NCBI RefSeq assembly: GCF_001598795.1
Contig: NZ_BCZP01000001.1
Coordinates: 210,001-242,000, forward strand
Reading direction: 5' to 3'
From: Delftia acidovorans NBRC 14950
GTDB taxonomy: Bacteria; Pseudomonadota; Gammaproteobacteria; Burkholderiales; Burkholderiaceae_C
DNA length: 32,000 nucleotides
The notes under the pieces were generated by a model. That model had not been told where the DNA came from. It did not search any database and worked only from the letters and a program-made list of their open reading frames with translations. This document shows, one piece after another, positions 7,469-15,642 of the stretch. How positions within the stretch are numbered: position 1 is the stretch's first letter; every line of letters starts with the position of its first letter. Both the position numbers and the translations under genes were made by a program.

Positions 7469-9937
7469 ATGTTCCCGATCGATCTGCTCGACGGCACCTC
7501 CGGTGCCGCGCCCGCCCCCAACTCCCCTTTGCTGACCCACCTCAACGAGGAGCAGCTCGCTGCCGTCACGCTTCCGGCCGGCCACGCGCTGATTCTGGCC
7601 GGTGCGGGCTCGGGCAAGACGCGGGTGCTGACCACGCGCATCGCCTGGCTGCTGCAGACGGGCCAGGCCACGCCGGGCTCCATCCTGGCCGTGACCTTCA
7701 CCAACAAGGCGGCCAAGGAAATGCTGGCCCGCCTGTCGGCCATGCTGCCCTACAACGTGCGCGGCATGTGGATCGGCACCTTCCACGGCCTGTGCAACCG
7801 GCTGCTGCGCGCCCACCACCAGGCGGCAAAGCTGTCGTCCACCTTCCAGATCCTGGACACGCAGGACCAGCTGTCGGCCGTCAAGCGCCTGTGCAAGCAG
7901 TTCAACGTGGACGACGAGCGTTTTCCGCCCAAGCAGCTGCAGTACTTCATTGCCGGCTGCAAGGAAGAGGGCATGCGCCCCGGCGACGTTGTGGCGAATG
8001 ATCCCGATACGCGCAAGAAGGTCGAGATCTACCAGCTCTACGAGGAGCAGTGCCAGCGAGAGGGCGTGGTCGATTTCGGCGAGCTGATGCTGCGCTCCTA
8101 CGAGCTGCTGCGCGACGATGCCGCGCTGCGCGCCCACTACCAGCGGCGCTTTCGCCACATCATGGTCGACGAGTTCCAGGACACCAACAAGCTGCAGTAC
8201 CAGTGGCTCAAGCAGCTGGCGGGCGACATGGTGGATGGCCGCCTGCAGGCCACGGGCAGCGTGATCGCCGTGGGCGACGACGACCAGAGCATCTACGCCT
8301 TTCGCGGTGCGCGCGTGGGCAACATGCAGGACTTCGTGCGCGAGTTCGACGTGCGCCAGCAGATCAAGCTGGAGCAGAACTACCGCTCCTACAGCAACAT
8401 CCTCGACTGCGCCAACGCGCTCATCAGCCACAACAGCCAGCGCCTGGGCAAGAACCTGCGCACCACCCAGGGCCCGGGCGAGCCCGTGCGCATCTACGAA
8501 GCGCCCACCGACATGGCCGAGGCGCAGTGGATGGTCGAGGAAATCCAGCAGCTCGTGAAAAAGGACGGCTGGCAGCGCCAGGAAATCGCCGTGCTCTACC
8601 GCAGCAATGCGCAAAGCCGGGTGATCGAATCGCAGCTGTTCAATGCCGCCATTCCCTACCGCGTGTACGGCGGCCTGCGCTTTTTCGAGCGCGCCGAAAT
8701 CAAGCATGCGCTGGCCTACCTGCGCCTGCTGGAGAACCCGCACGACGACACCAGCTTTCTGCGCGTGGTGAACTTCCCGCCGCGCGGCATCGGCGCGCGC
8801 AGCGTGGAGACGCTGCAGGACGCGGCGCGCAGCGCGGGCTGCTCGCTGCACGATGCCGTCTCGGCAGTGCCGGGCGCGCCGGGCACCAAGCTCGCAGGCT
8901 TTGTCGCCAAGATCGACGTGCTGCGCGAGCAGACCCAGGGCCGCACGCTGCGCGAGATCATCGAGGCCATCGAGGAAGAAAGCGGCCTGCTCGAGCACTA
9001 CCGCAACGAAAAGGAAGGCGCCGACCGCATCGAGAACCTGCAGGAGCTCGTGAACGCGGCCGAGAGCTTTGTCACCCAGGAAGGCTTTGGCCGCGACGCC
9101 GTGGCCCTGCCGCTGGACGAGCACGACGGCGCCAGGGCGCTGACGCAAAGCCCGGCCAGCCAAGGCCTGGACCCTGCGCAGCCGCTGCTGGACACGCCGC
9201 TCACGCCGCCGGCCGGCACCGTGGCCGGCATGGTCGATGCCGATACCGGCGAGACCCTGTCGCCGCTGGCCGCCTTCCTGACGCACGCGGCGCTGGAGGC
9301 TGGCGACAACCAGGCCCAGGCCGGCCAGGACGCCGTGCAGCTGATGACCGTGCATGCCTCCAAGGGACTGGAATTCGACGCCGTCTTCATCGGTGGCGTG
9401 GAAGAGGGCCTGTTCCCGCATGAGAACGCCATGATGGACCGGGGCGGCCTGGAGGAAGAGCGCCGCCTGGCCTATGTGGCCATCACCCGCGCGCGCAAGC
9501 GCCTGTACCTGAGCCATTCGCAGACGCGCATGCTGCACGGGCAGACGCGCTACAACGTCAAGAGCCGTTTCTTCGACGAGCTGCCCGATAAGGCGCTCAA
9601 GTGGATCACCCCCAAGCAGGGCGGCTTTGGCAGCTACGCACCCCGCCCCGGTGGCGGCGGCGGTGGTGGCTATGGTTCACGCGATCGCGGCGGCTTCGGC
9701 AACAAGGCCGAAGGCTGGCGCAGTGAGGTCTTCGCCAGCCCGCCCGTGCCGCCGCAAAAGGCCGCTCCGGGCCACGGCCTGCGCGTGGGCCTGAACGTGT
9801 TTCACAACAAGTTCGGCGAAGGCAAGGTGCTGGCCCTGGAAGGCACGGGCGACGACGCGCGCGCCCAGGTCAGCTTTGGGCGCCACGGCACGAAGTGGCT
9901 GGCGCTGTCCATTGCCAAGCTCACGGTCGTGGAGTGA
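7469..9937 (+). CDS. uvrD: ATP-dependent DNA helicase II (UvrD/PcrA family)
   Basis: Motif I LAGAGSGKTRVL, then VDEFQDTN, YRSN, VHASKGLEFD and AYVAITRARKRL. Gly-rich linker and C-terminal small domain (FHNKFGEGKVLALEG). The start is placed at the ATG at 7469 (MFPIDLL). Confidence 0.9.
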   Translation: MFPIDLLDGTSGAAPAPNSPLLTHLNEEQLAAVTLPAGHALILAGAGSGKTRVLTTRIAWLLQTGQATPGSILAVTFTNKAAKEMLARLSAMLPYNVRGMWIGTFHGLCNRLLRAHHQAAKLSSTFQILDTQDQLSAVKRLCKQFNVDDERFPPKQLQYFIAGCKEEGMRPGDVVANDPDTRKKVEIYQLYEEQCQREGVVDFGELMLRSYELLRDDAALRAHYQRRFRHIMVDEFQDTNKLQYQWLKQLAGDMVDGRLQATGSVIAVGDDDQSIYAFRGARVGNMQDFVREFDVRQQIKLEQNYRSYSNILDCANALISHNSQRLGKNLRTTQGPGEPVRIYEAPTDMAEAQWMVEEIQQLVKKDGWQRQEIAVLYRSNAQSRVIESQLFNAAIPYRVYGGLRFFERAEIKHALAYLRLLENPHDDTSFLRVVNFPPRGIGARSVETLQDAARSAGCSLHDAVSAVPGAPGTKLAGFVAKIDVLREQTQGRTLREIIEAIEEESGLLEHYRNEKEGADRIENLQELVNAAESFVTQEGFGRDAVALPLDEHDGARALTQSPASQGLDPAQPLLDTPLTPPAGTVAGMVDADTGETLSPLAAFLTHAALEAGDNQAQAGQDAVQLMTVHASKGLEFDAVFIGGVEEGLFPHENAMMDRGGLEEERRLAYVAITRARKRLYLSHSQTRMLHGQTRYNVKSRFFDELPDKALKWITPKQGGFGSYAPRPGGGGGGGYGSRDRGGFGNKAEGWRSEVFASPPVPPQKAAPGHGLRVGLNVFHNKFGEGKVLALEGTGDDARAQVSFGRHGTKWLALSIAKLTVVE

Positions 9938-9955
9938 GGCGCGGGCTGCCGCGCC
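9938..9955. terminator. GC hairpin between the convergent uvrD and DUF4198 genes (possible terminator, no T-run)
   Basis: GGCGCGG-gctg-CCGCGCC fills most of the 24-nt convergent gap. Confidence 0.3.
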
Positions 9956-9961
9956 CGGCGC

Positions 9962-10594
9962 TCAGGGCTTGACTTCGAAGCTCAGCGTCGTGGTGTGGCG
10001 CACGTCGGTGTATTTCTTGCCGTCCAGCGTGACCGAGCCGTTGTCCACGCGCGCCGTCACCTCCAGCACGTACAGGCCCGGGAAGTAGGGCTTGAAGCTC
10101 ACCGTGCCGTCCTGCGATGGCGTGAGCGTGCGGTACCAGCCCTCGCTGGTCTGCACATTGACCTGGCTGGCCGCGACCTTGCGGCCCTTGAACACCAGCT
10201 GGAACGTATCGCCGCCCGCCGTGGTGGGCACCAGCTCCAGGTCGTTCACGGCCTTGGTGTCATTGCGGCCGAAACGGGCCTGGTAGTAGGTCAGCACGCC
10301 ATTGGCGCCGGGGCGCGTGGCGGCAATGCGCACATCGCCCTGGCCTGCGTCCGCGGTGAAATGATTGGCGTCGGCCTTCAGGGGAAGGCTCTTGCCGTCG
10401 GGCAGGACCTGCTTGGCGTCTTCCAGAGCCGGCAGCTGTTCCAGCGGCTTGCGCAGCTCTCCGGCATAGGCCCGGGCCTGTCCTGCGTCCTGCTGCAGCC
10501 AGAGATAGTCGGCATGCGCGGCCGGCACCGCCAGTGCGGCGGCGGCGGCCAGCCATGCGGCGGTGCTGCGAAGGATGCGGGAAGGTTCGGTCAT
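9962..10594 (-). CDS. Secreted DUF4198-like protein (periplasmic, beta-rich)
   Basis: 210 aa. Sec signal ...LAVPAAHA/DY. GGAGAG RBS before the ATG at 10594. The C-terminal pattern GLYVLEVTARV...TTTLSFEV resembles DUF4198. Family recall only. Confidence 0.5.
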   Translation of the reverse strand: MTEPSRILRSTAAWLAAAAALAVPAAHADYLWLQQDAGQARAYAGELRKPLEQLPALEDAKQVLPDGKSLPLKADANHFTADAGQGDVRIAATRPGANGVLTYYQARFGRNDTKAVNDLELVPTTAGGDTFQLVFKGRKVAASQVNVQTSEGWYRTLTPSQDGTVSFKPYFPGLYVLEVTARVDNGSVTLDGKKYTDVRHTTTLSFEVKP

Positions 10595-10793
10595 GGAGTC
10601 TCTCCTGTGGTGTGGCTCTGCGTGCGCCTGCCGGGCCTTGAGGGGCGTGATCCGGCGGGGCTGAAGATGGTGCGATGGCGGGCGAGCGACGCCGCAATGC
10701 ATCAGAAATTATAGCGATCAGGTGAGAATGACTCTTGTTTTGCACGCTAAGAGTCGGGTTCATGACATCCATGCAATTGCGGCGCAGACATGC

Positions 10794-10822
10794 AAAAAGG
10801 CCATGGAAATCCATGGCCTTTG
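10794..10822 (-). terminator. Rho-independent terminator of phoX (bidirectional shape)
   Basis: GGCCATGG-AAAT-CCATGGCC is a perfect 8-bp stem. It is flanked by AAAAA on one side and TTTG on the other, so on the minus strand the hairpin is followed by TTTTT. Confidence 0.8.
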
Positions 10823-10877
10823 TGTGGCGGCGCCACTCGCCGCAGGGCGGCGGGGCGACGGGGCGCTATGGCGGCGG

Positions 10878-12830
10878 TCAGGCCGACAGCTTGGGCTGGG
10901 CAGCGGTGCCGGTCAGGTAGCCGACGGCGGCACCGAACTTGCCGCGATAGTTGGCGCTGATCAGCGGGTCCAGCGTGGGCTTGACCACGTTGTGGATGGC
11001 GCCCCAGTCACCGGCGTGCTGGAAGTTGCTCATGATGTAGGTCCAGCCGTTGATCTCGTCCACGGCATGCAGGCCCGTGGATTCGCCGCCTGCGGGAATC
11101 GACATCAGGCGCGACAGCTGCTTGGTGTCGATGTTGTAGGCCCACAGGAAGTTGTTCACGTGCTGGCCGCTGTCCTCGCCGATGAACAGGGTGCGCATCT
11201 TCTCCGAGAACTTGAGGTTGTCGGGGTTGCAGATCTTGTTCGGGTTGCCGGTGTTGCCCAGCGCGTCGGCGCTGATGTCTTCGCCGGCCAGCAGGGCCTT
11301 GGTGTCCACGGGCATCCACTCGCTGTTGATGGCGGCGCCTGCCGTGTCCTTCTGGCCGCCGCGCAGGTTCAGTGCCATCACGGCGCCGGCCTTGAGCTGC
11401 TTGGGGATGGACACGCCGTTGCCAGCCACGTTCAGCGCGTCACCGGCCACCATGGACTTTTCGCAGTTCTGCAGGGCCGAGTAGGCCACCTTGTCCTTGG
11501 CGTTGACGGTCGTGCCTTCCATCTTGGTGAAGCCCATGCTTGCGCCCTTGAAGGCGGCGTAGCGGTGGGTTTCCAGGAAGGCGGCAGCCTTGTCCATGCC
11601 GGGGTTGATCTTGATCCACTCGACCTTGCCGTTGGCCGTGATCTTGGTGTAGCTGGCGTCGCCCGGATCGGTCTTGGCCACGGACATGATGTCCGTGGGC
11701 TTGAGCGTGTTGGCCAGCTGCTCGATCTCGGCGCTGGTGGCCGAGCCCAGCTTGATCCAGGTCAGCGCGGCGGCGCTGCCCGATGCGGGGTCGATGGAGA
11801 AGCCCGCGCCCACCTTGGCCACGTACAGCGAACCCGAGGACAGGTCCTTTTCCTTGTCGGCCACGAAGACGAAGTAGCCGCTGTTGGTGGCGTCGTCGCC
11901 CATCAGCGCCGTGCGCTGGTCGGGCATGACCTGGACCAGCTCGTGCGAGATGCGGCCCATGCAGAAATGCTTCTTGATGCTGGCCGTGCCGTCCACGTTG
12001 ACCGTCACTTCGGGCATGTGGCCGTAGTGGTAGGGGTTGGCCTTGGTCTGGTCGCCATACAGGTTCTGGCTGAAGGCCTGCAACTGCGCATTGCCGGTGG
12101 CGAAGGCGTCGGGCTCGTACTCTTCGCTGGACAGATGGGTGCCCCAGGGCGACAGGCTGGCGCCGCAGGTGATCCACAGGCCATGCACCTTGGAGGTGTC
12201 CACGTTGTGGTACTTGACCAGGCTGAGCTTGCCCGTGGTCTGGTCCTGGTCCAGCGTCAGCACGGCGATGGGCGAGGGCAGCTTGCCGTACATGTCGGTC
12301 TTGCCATCCTGCGCCCAGGTCGTGTATTCGAACTGCACCACGGCGAACACGGGCTTGCCCTTGACGCCGTCCACCTTGGCATTGGGCACGGTCAGCAGCG
12401 AGGTGCCGTCGGGCGAATCGGAGAAGAAGTGGCGCTCGCTGCCGGCCACGGTGCGGTCGATGATCTTGTTGTTGTTGATGTCGTAGTAGCCGCCGGCCAG
12501 GATCTTGCCGCCCTTGCCATCGGACACTTCATCGCCGGTGACGAAGAACGGCTGGTAGCCCAGGTCGAAGCTCTGCTCGCTGTTGTCGCTGAACTGCACC
12601 TTGAGCTGCGAGGCCACGGTCATCCTGGCCATGGCCTGGGGGTTGGCCAGCGTGGGCGCTGCCATGGAGGTGAAGCTGGCTGCCACATAGTTCTTCGCGG
12701 GGCCGTCGTCACCGCCGCCGCAGGCGGTCAGCAGGCCGGTGGCGGACACGGCGGAGCCGAGCGGCAGCAGGGGGGCGCCGGTCAGGAATTGCAGCGCCTT
12801 GCGGCGGGAGAGCATCGTGGATTGGGACAT
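10878..12830 (-). CDS. phoX: PhoX-type (DUF839) alkaline phosphatase, Tat-signal lipoprotein
   Basis: N-terminus SRRKALQFL (twin-arginine) followed by lipobox LTAC. Internal GASLSPWGTHLSSEEYEPD and NPDNLKFSEKMRTLFIGEDSG resemble conserved PhoX/DUF839 blocks. Pho boxes lie upstream. Confidence 0.7.
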   Translation of the reverse strand: MSQSTMLSRRKALQFLTGAPLLPLGSAVSATGLLTACGGGDDGPAKNYVAASFTSMAAPTLANPQAMARMTVASQLKVQFSDNSEQSFDLGYQPFFVTGDEVSDGKGGKILAGGYYDINNNKIIDRTVAGSERHFFSDSPDGTSLLTVPNAKVDGVKGKPVFAVVQFEYTTWAQDGKTDMYGKLPSPIAVLTLDQDQTTGKLSLVKYHNVDTSKVHGLWITCGASLSPWGTHLSSEEYEPDAFATGNAQLQAFSQNLYGDQTKANPYHYGHMPEVTVNVDGTASIKKHFCMGRISHELVQVMPDQRTALMGDDATNSGYFVFVADKEKDLSSGSLYVAKVGAGFSIDPASGSAAALTWIKLGSATSAEIEQLANTLKPTDIMSVAKTDPGDASYTKITANGKVEWIKINPGMDKAAAFLETHRYAAFKGASMGFTKMEGTTVNAKDKVAYSALQNCEKSMVAGDALNVAGNGVSIPKQLKAGAVMALNLRGGQKDTAGAAINSEWMPVDTKALLAGEDISADALGNTGNPNKICNPDNLKFSEKMRTLFIGEDSGQHVNNFLWAYNIDTKQLSRLMSIPAGGESTGLHAVDEINGWTYIMSNFQHAGDWGAIHNVVKPTLDPLISANYRGKFGAAVGYLTGTAAQPKLSA

Positions 12831-12929
12831 GGGGCTTCCGTTATGGGTTTGTCAGCGTCAACCCATCGGGGGCGGGATGGGTCGGGATGCCGCCGCGCAC
12901 TCGCTGGCTTGACATCCGCACGGCATGCT

Positions 12930-12980
12930 AGGCAGCCGGTGTGACAGAGCAATGGCATCCGCGTGACGAAACCGTGACAG
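12930..12980 (-). promoter_or_regulatory. Pho boxes (PhoB-type 7-bp direct repeats) upstream of phoX
   Basis: Minus strand: CTGTCAC-GGTT-TCGTCAC (12980-12963), then 15 nt, then CTGTCAC-ACCG-GCTGCCT (12947-12930), followed by a -10-like TAGCAT. The E. coli Pho box consensus is CTGTCAT-N4-CTGTCAY. Confidence 0.5.
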
Positions 12981-13048
12981 CGTCATATGGCAGCCGCCAG
13001 GCGAGGGGTGCCAGGCGATACGGCCAGTCAAAAAACAAAGAAGAGGCG

Positions 13049-13096
13049 CGAAGAAGGGTCCGAAGAAGGGCCCGAAGAAAGGTCCAAAGAAAAAGC
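13049..13096. repeat. 12-bp tandem repeat (about 4 copies) within a purine-rich tract
   Basis: The units are CGAAGAAGGGTC, CGAAGAAGGGCC, CGAAGAAAGGTC and CAAAGAAAAAGC. By my count, 13031-13096 is about 80 percent purine on the + strand. Confidence 0.7.
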
Positions 13097-13113
13097 CCCT
13101 TGAAAGGGGCTTT
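13083..13113 (-). terminator. Rho-independent terminator of the membrane-protein gene
   Basis: The hairpin AAAGCCCCTT/AAGGGGCTTT (13092-13113) is followed on the minus strand by TTTTTCTTT. It lies 22 nt after the stop at 13136. Confidence 0.7.
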
Positions 13114-13135
13114 GTGGGGTGCAGTGGCGAAGCGC

Positions 13136-13969
13136 TCAGCCGGACAGTCCGGGCGGCGCAGGCGGCTCGGTGCCGATGGCGTCGCTGCCATCGCTTTCAT
13201 CGGGAGCTGCGAAGCAGTCACGGAAGGTGAAGACGATGGAGGTGAAGAACATGGCGGCCAGCAGCATGGCCGTGCCGATCATCAGGCCATTGGCAATGCT
13301 GCCCAGCACCTGGGCCAGCACGGCCGAGATCAGGGCCATCACGATGCCGGCCACGATGAACACGCCCATCCAGCTCAGGCCGAAGACCACCAGCGCGCCG
13401 ATGTTGCGCACACAGGCCACCAGGCTGAAGAACACGGCCTTGACCGGGGGCACGTTGTGCCAGTGCACCAGCCCCGGCGCGTGCCAGAACAGCAGGGACA
13501 GCGGCAGGTACAGGCCCATGCTCAGCCACATGGCGGCCTGGAAGTCGGGCGACTCGGCGATCTCGCGCGTCAGCGGCTCGCCGCCCAGGTAGACGTTGGC
13601 AAACTGGCCGTCGTCCACCAGCATGGACAGGCCCATGATCAGCAGGAAGCCTGCCGCATACATGGCGCCCAGCGTGAGCATGGAGTTCAGGCGCTGGCGC
13701 CCGGTGCGAAAGGCCACCAGCAGCAGGGCCGGCGTGGGCGCACGCCCGTGCGATGCCTCGGCCGCCGCCACCATCATGGCCAGCGAGGTGGCCGGCAGCA
13801 GGCCCAGCGCGATCACGGGGCCGATCAGCGGCAGCACCGTGACCAGGGACATGGCCGCCATCGACAGAAAGAACAGCGCCGCCAGTGCCAGCGGCTGCTG
13901 GCGGAAGGTGCGGATGCCCTGCTGCACCCATTGCAGGCCGGTACGGGCGGGAACGATGAGAAGTTTCAT
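13136..13969 (-). CDS. Integral membrane protein of unknown function (possibly BPSS1780/DUF2189-like), with an acidic C-terminal tail
   Basis: 277 aa from the ATG at 13969 (MKLLIVPARTGLQWVQQG). There are several long hydrophobic segments. The family name is recalled, not verified. Confidence 0.55.
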   Translation of the reverse strand: MKLLIVPARTGLQWVQQGIRTFRQQPLALAALFFLSMAAMSLVTVLPLIGPVIALGLLPATSLAMMVAAAEASHGRAPTPALLLVAFRTGRQRLNSMLTLGAMYAAGFLLIMGLSMLVDDGQFANVYLGGEPLTREIAESPDFQAAMWLSMGLYLPLSLLFWHAPGLVHWHNVPPVKAVFFSLVACVRNIGALVVFGLSWMGVFIVAGIVMALISAVLAQVLGSIANGLMIGTAMLLAAMFFTSIVFTFRDCFAAPDESDGSDAIGTEPPAPPGLSG

Positions 13970-14115
13970 GGGGTGAGGAAGTCGGGGCGCCTGGATGGGG
14001 CATGGCCTCTGGCATGGGCCGCGCCGCTGGCGCCCGAACGGGGACTGTACCCGAGGACGCGCGGCCCGTGGACCGCAAAGCCCTCTGTCGGCCGCGCTGT
14101 GGCGGCCTTCGGACG

Positions 14116-15072
14116 TCAGTCCAGCGCCACCGGGTGGGCCAGGCGCTGGCGCAGCACGCGCTCGAAATGGGTGGGGTCGTGGGGAACGAGCATGGAGGCC
14201 TCGCGCGGCAGGTGGAAATCCCACAGGCGGGAAATCCAAAAGCGCAGCGCACCCGCGCGCAGCATGGGGTTGAACAGCTCGCGCTCGGCGGCGGTCAGGG
14301 GGCGTACCGACTGGTAGGCGTCGATCATGGCCCTGGCCTTGGTGGCGTCATGGGCGCCGGTGGCGTGTTCGACGCACCAGTCGTTGAGGCACACGGCCAG
14401 GTCGAACAGCCAGCTGTCCACGCCTGCGAAGTAGAAGTCGAAGAAGCCGGTCAGGCGCTCGCCCTCGAACATCACGTTGTCGCGGAACAGGTCGGCGTGC
14501 ACGGGGCCGCGCGGCAGCGCCGCATACGCGGGCGAGGCGGCCACATGGTTCTGGAAGGCCAGCTCGGAGCGCAGCAGGTCGGCCGTGGGTGCGTCTATGT
14601 GAGGGATGACCGTGGGCACGGTCTCGTTCCACCAGGGCAGGCTGCGCAGATTGGGCTGCTGGCGATCGTAGTCGCGTCCGGCCAGGTGCATGCGCGCCAG
14701 CATCTCGCCCACGGCGGCGCAGTGTGCGGGCTGGGGCGCCAGCTCGCTCTTGCCGGGCAGGCGGTTGACGATGGAGGCCGGCTTGCCGCACACGCTCAGC
14801 AGGATGTCGCCGCTGCGGGTCTCGGCCTGCGGGTCGGGCACGGGAATGCCGGCCTGCGCCAGGTGCTTCATCAGGTACAGGTAGAAGGGCAGTTGCTCGG
14901 CCGTCAGGCGCTCGAACAGCGTCAGCACCCACTCGCCCTGTTCAGTGGTGAGAAAGTAGTTGGTGTTCTCTATGCCGCCCTGGATGCCGCGCAGCTCCTT
15001 GAAGGAACCCAGGGACATGCGGCGCAGGAGCTCGCGCGCATCTTTGTCGGAGACTTCGGTGAAAACGGCCAT
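14116..15072 (-). CDS. thrB: Homoserine kinase, ThrB type II (aminoglycoside-phosphotransferase fold)
   Basis: Starts [16 protein letters not shown], then [14 protein letters not shown], with catalytic motif [12 protein letters not shown]. 318 aa. Conserved neighbourhood with polA. Confidence 0.85.
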   Translation of the reverse strand: MAVFTEVSDKDARELLRRMSLGSFKELRGIQGGIENTNYFLTTEQGEWVLTLFERLTAEQLPFYLYLMKHLAQAGIPVPDPQAETRSGDILLSVCGKPASIVNRLPGKSELAPQPAHCAAVGEMLARMHLAGRDYDRQQPNLRSLPWWNETVPTVIPHIDAPTADLLRSELAFQNHVAASPAYAALPRGPVHADLFRDNVMFEGERLTGFFDFYFAGVDSWLFDLAVCLNDWCVEHATGAHDATKARAMIDAYQSVRPLTAAERELFNPMLRAGALRFWISRLWDFHLPREASMLVPHDPTHFERVLRQRLAHPVALD

Positions 15073-15123
15073 GTTTGCATTGCCGGCCAGCACGGCTCGG
15101 CGGAAATCGTTGTCGTCAGATAT

Positions 15124-15154
15124 GGAAAGAGGGCAGCGCCGTCAGGTGCTGCCC
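15124..15154 (-). terminator. Possible terminator after the DUF2782-like gene
   Basis: On the minus strand GGGCAGC-N10-GCTGCCC is followed by TCTTTCC. Confidence 0.4.
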
Positions 15155-15198
15155 CCTGGGATGCCGCCGGGCCGGAGGCCCGGACAGTCCGGTGAGGA

Positions 15199-15579
15199 TC
15201 AGAACTTCTTGAGGTTCCAGACGCGCGTGCCGTTGGTGCCGTCGCCATCGCCGCGGTTGCGCGAGGAACGGGCGCCGTCGTTGGACTGCACTTCATACGA
15301 AGGCATGTCGCCGACCTTGGGCTGCACGGTGATGCTGCGGGTCTGGCCGCCCACGCGCAGCTCGTCAACGCGGCTGCCGCCATCTTCCACATGGATGTGT
15401 TCCACGCGCTGATTGGTTCGGTCGCGGCCCTCGGGCTTGGCCGTGTCCGGCGCGGTCTGCTCGGTCGCCGCCGCAGGAGCGGTGGAGGCAGCCGGGGCAG
15501 ACGTGGGGTTCTGGGCCAGCACGGAGCTGGCGGCCAGGGTCAGGAAGATGAAAAGTGGAGCGGCGCGCATAGGCTCCAT
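15199..15579 (-). CDS. Small secreted protein, DUF2782-like
   Basis: 126 aa with a signal peptide ending VLAQ and a Pro/Ala-rich linker. Its position between thrB and polA matches the DUF2782 gene of Pseudomonas and Burkholderiales. An alternative start lies at 15570. Confidence 0.5.
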   Translation of the reverse strand: MEPMRAAPLFIFLTLAASSVLAQNPTSAPAASTAPAAATEQTAPDTAKPEGRDRTNQRVEHIHVEDGGSRVDELRVGGQTRSITVQPKVGDMPSYEVQSNDGARSSRNRGDGDGTNGTRVWNLKKF

Positions 15580-15642
15580 TGTAGAACTTGCAGCGGGCGC
15601 TGTCCCGCCCTGTCACCCTGCCGGCGCGTGCACAATCGGCGC

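Noticed and set aside
7352-9538. 728-aa ORF antisense to uvrD
   Set aside because: It lies entirely opposite a gene with unmistakable UvrD motifs. The translation is Ala/Arg/Gly/Leu/Val-rich with no recognisable motifs. This is the typical stop-codon-poor antisense frame of high-GC DNA.
10700-10740. Fur/Zur-like box near the DUF4198 promoter (TGAGAATGACTCTT), next to a perfect TATAAT on the minus strand
   Set aside because: About 10 of 14 positions match a Fur half-consensus, but there is no dyad symmetry. The match is too weak to call.
10722-12944. 740-aa ORF antisense to phoX
   Set aside because: It overlaps the PhoX-like gene, which has a Tat signal, an RBS, Pho boxes and a terminator. 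The antisense translation is Gly/Ala/Val/His-rich and shows no domain signatures.
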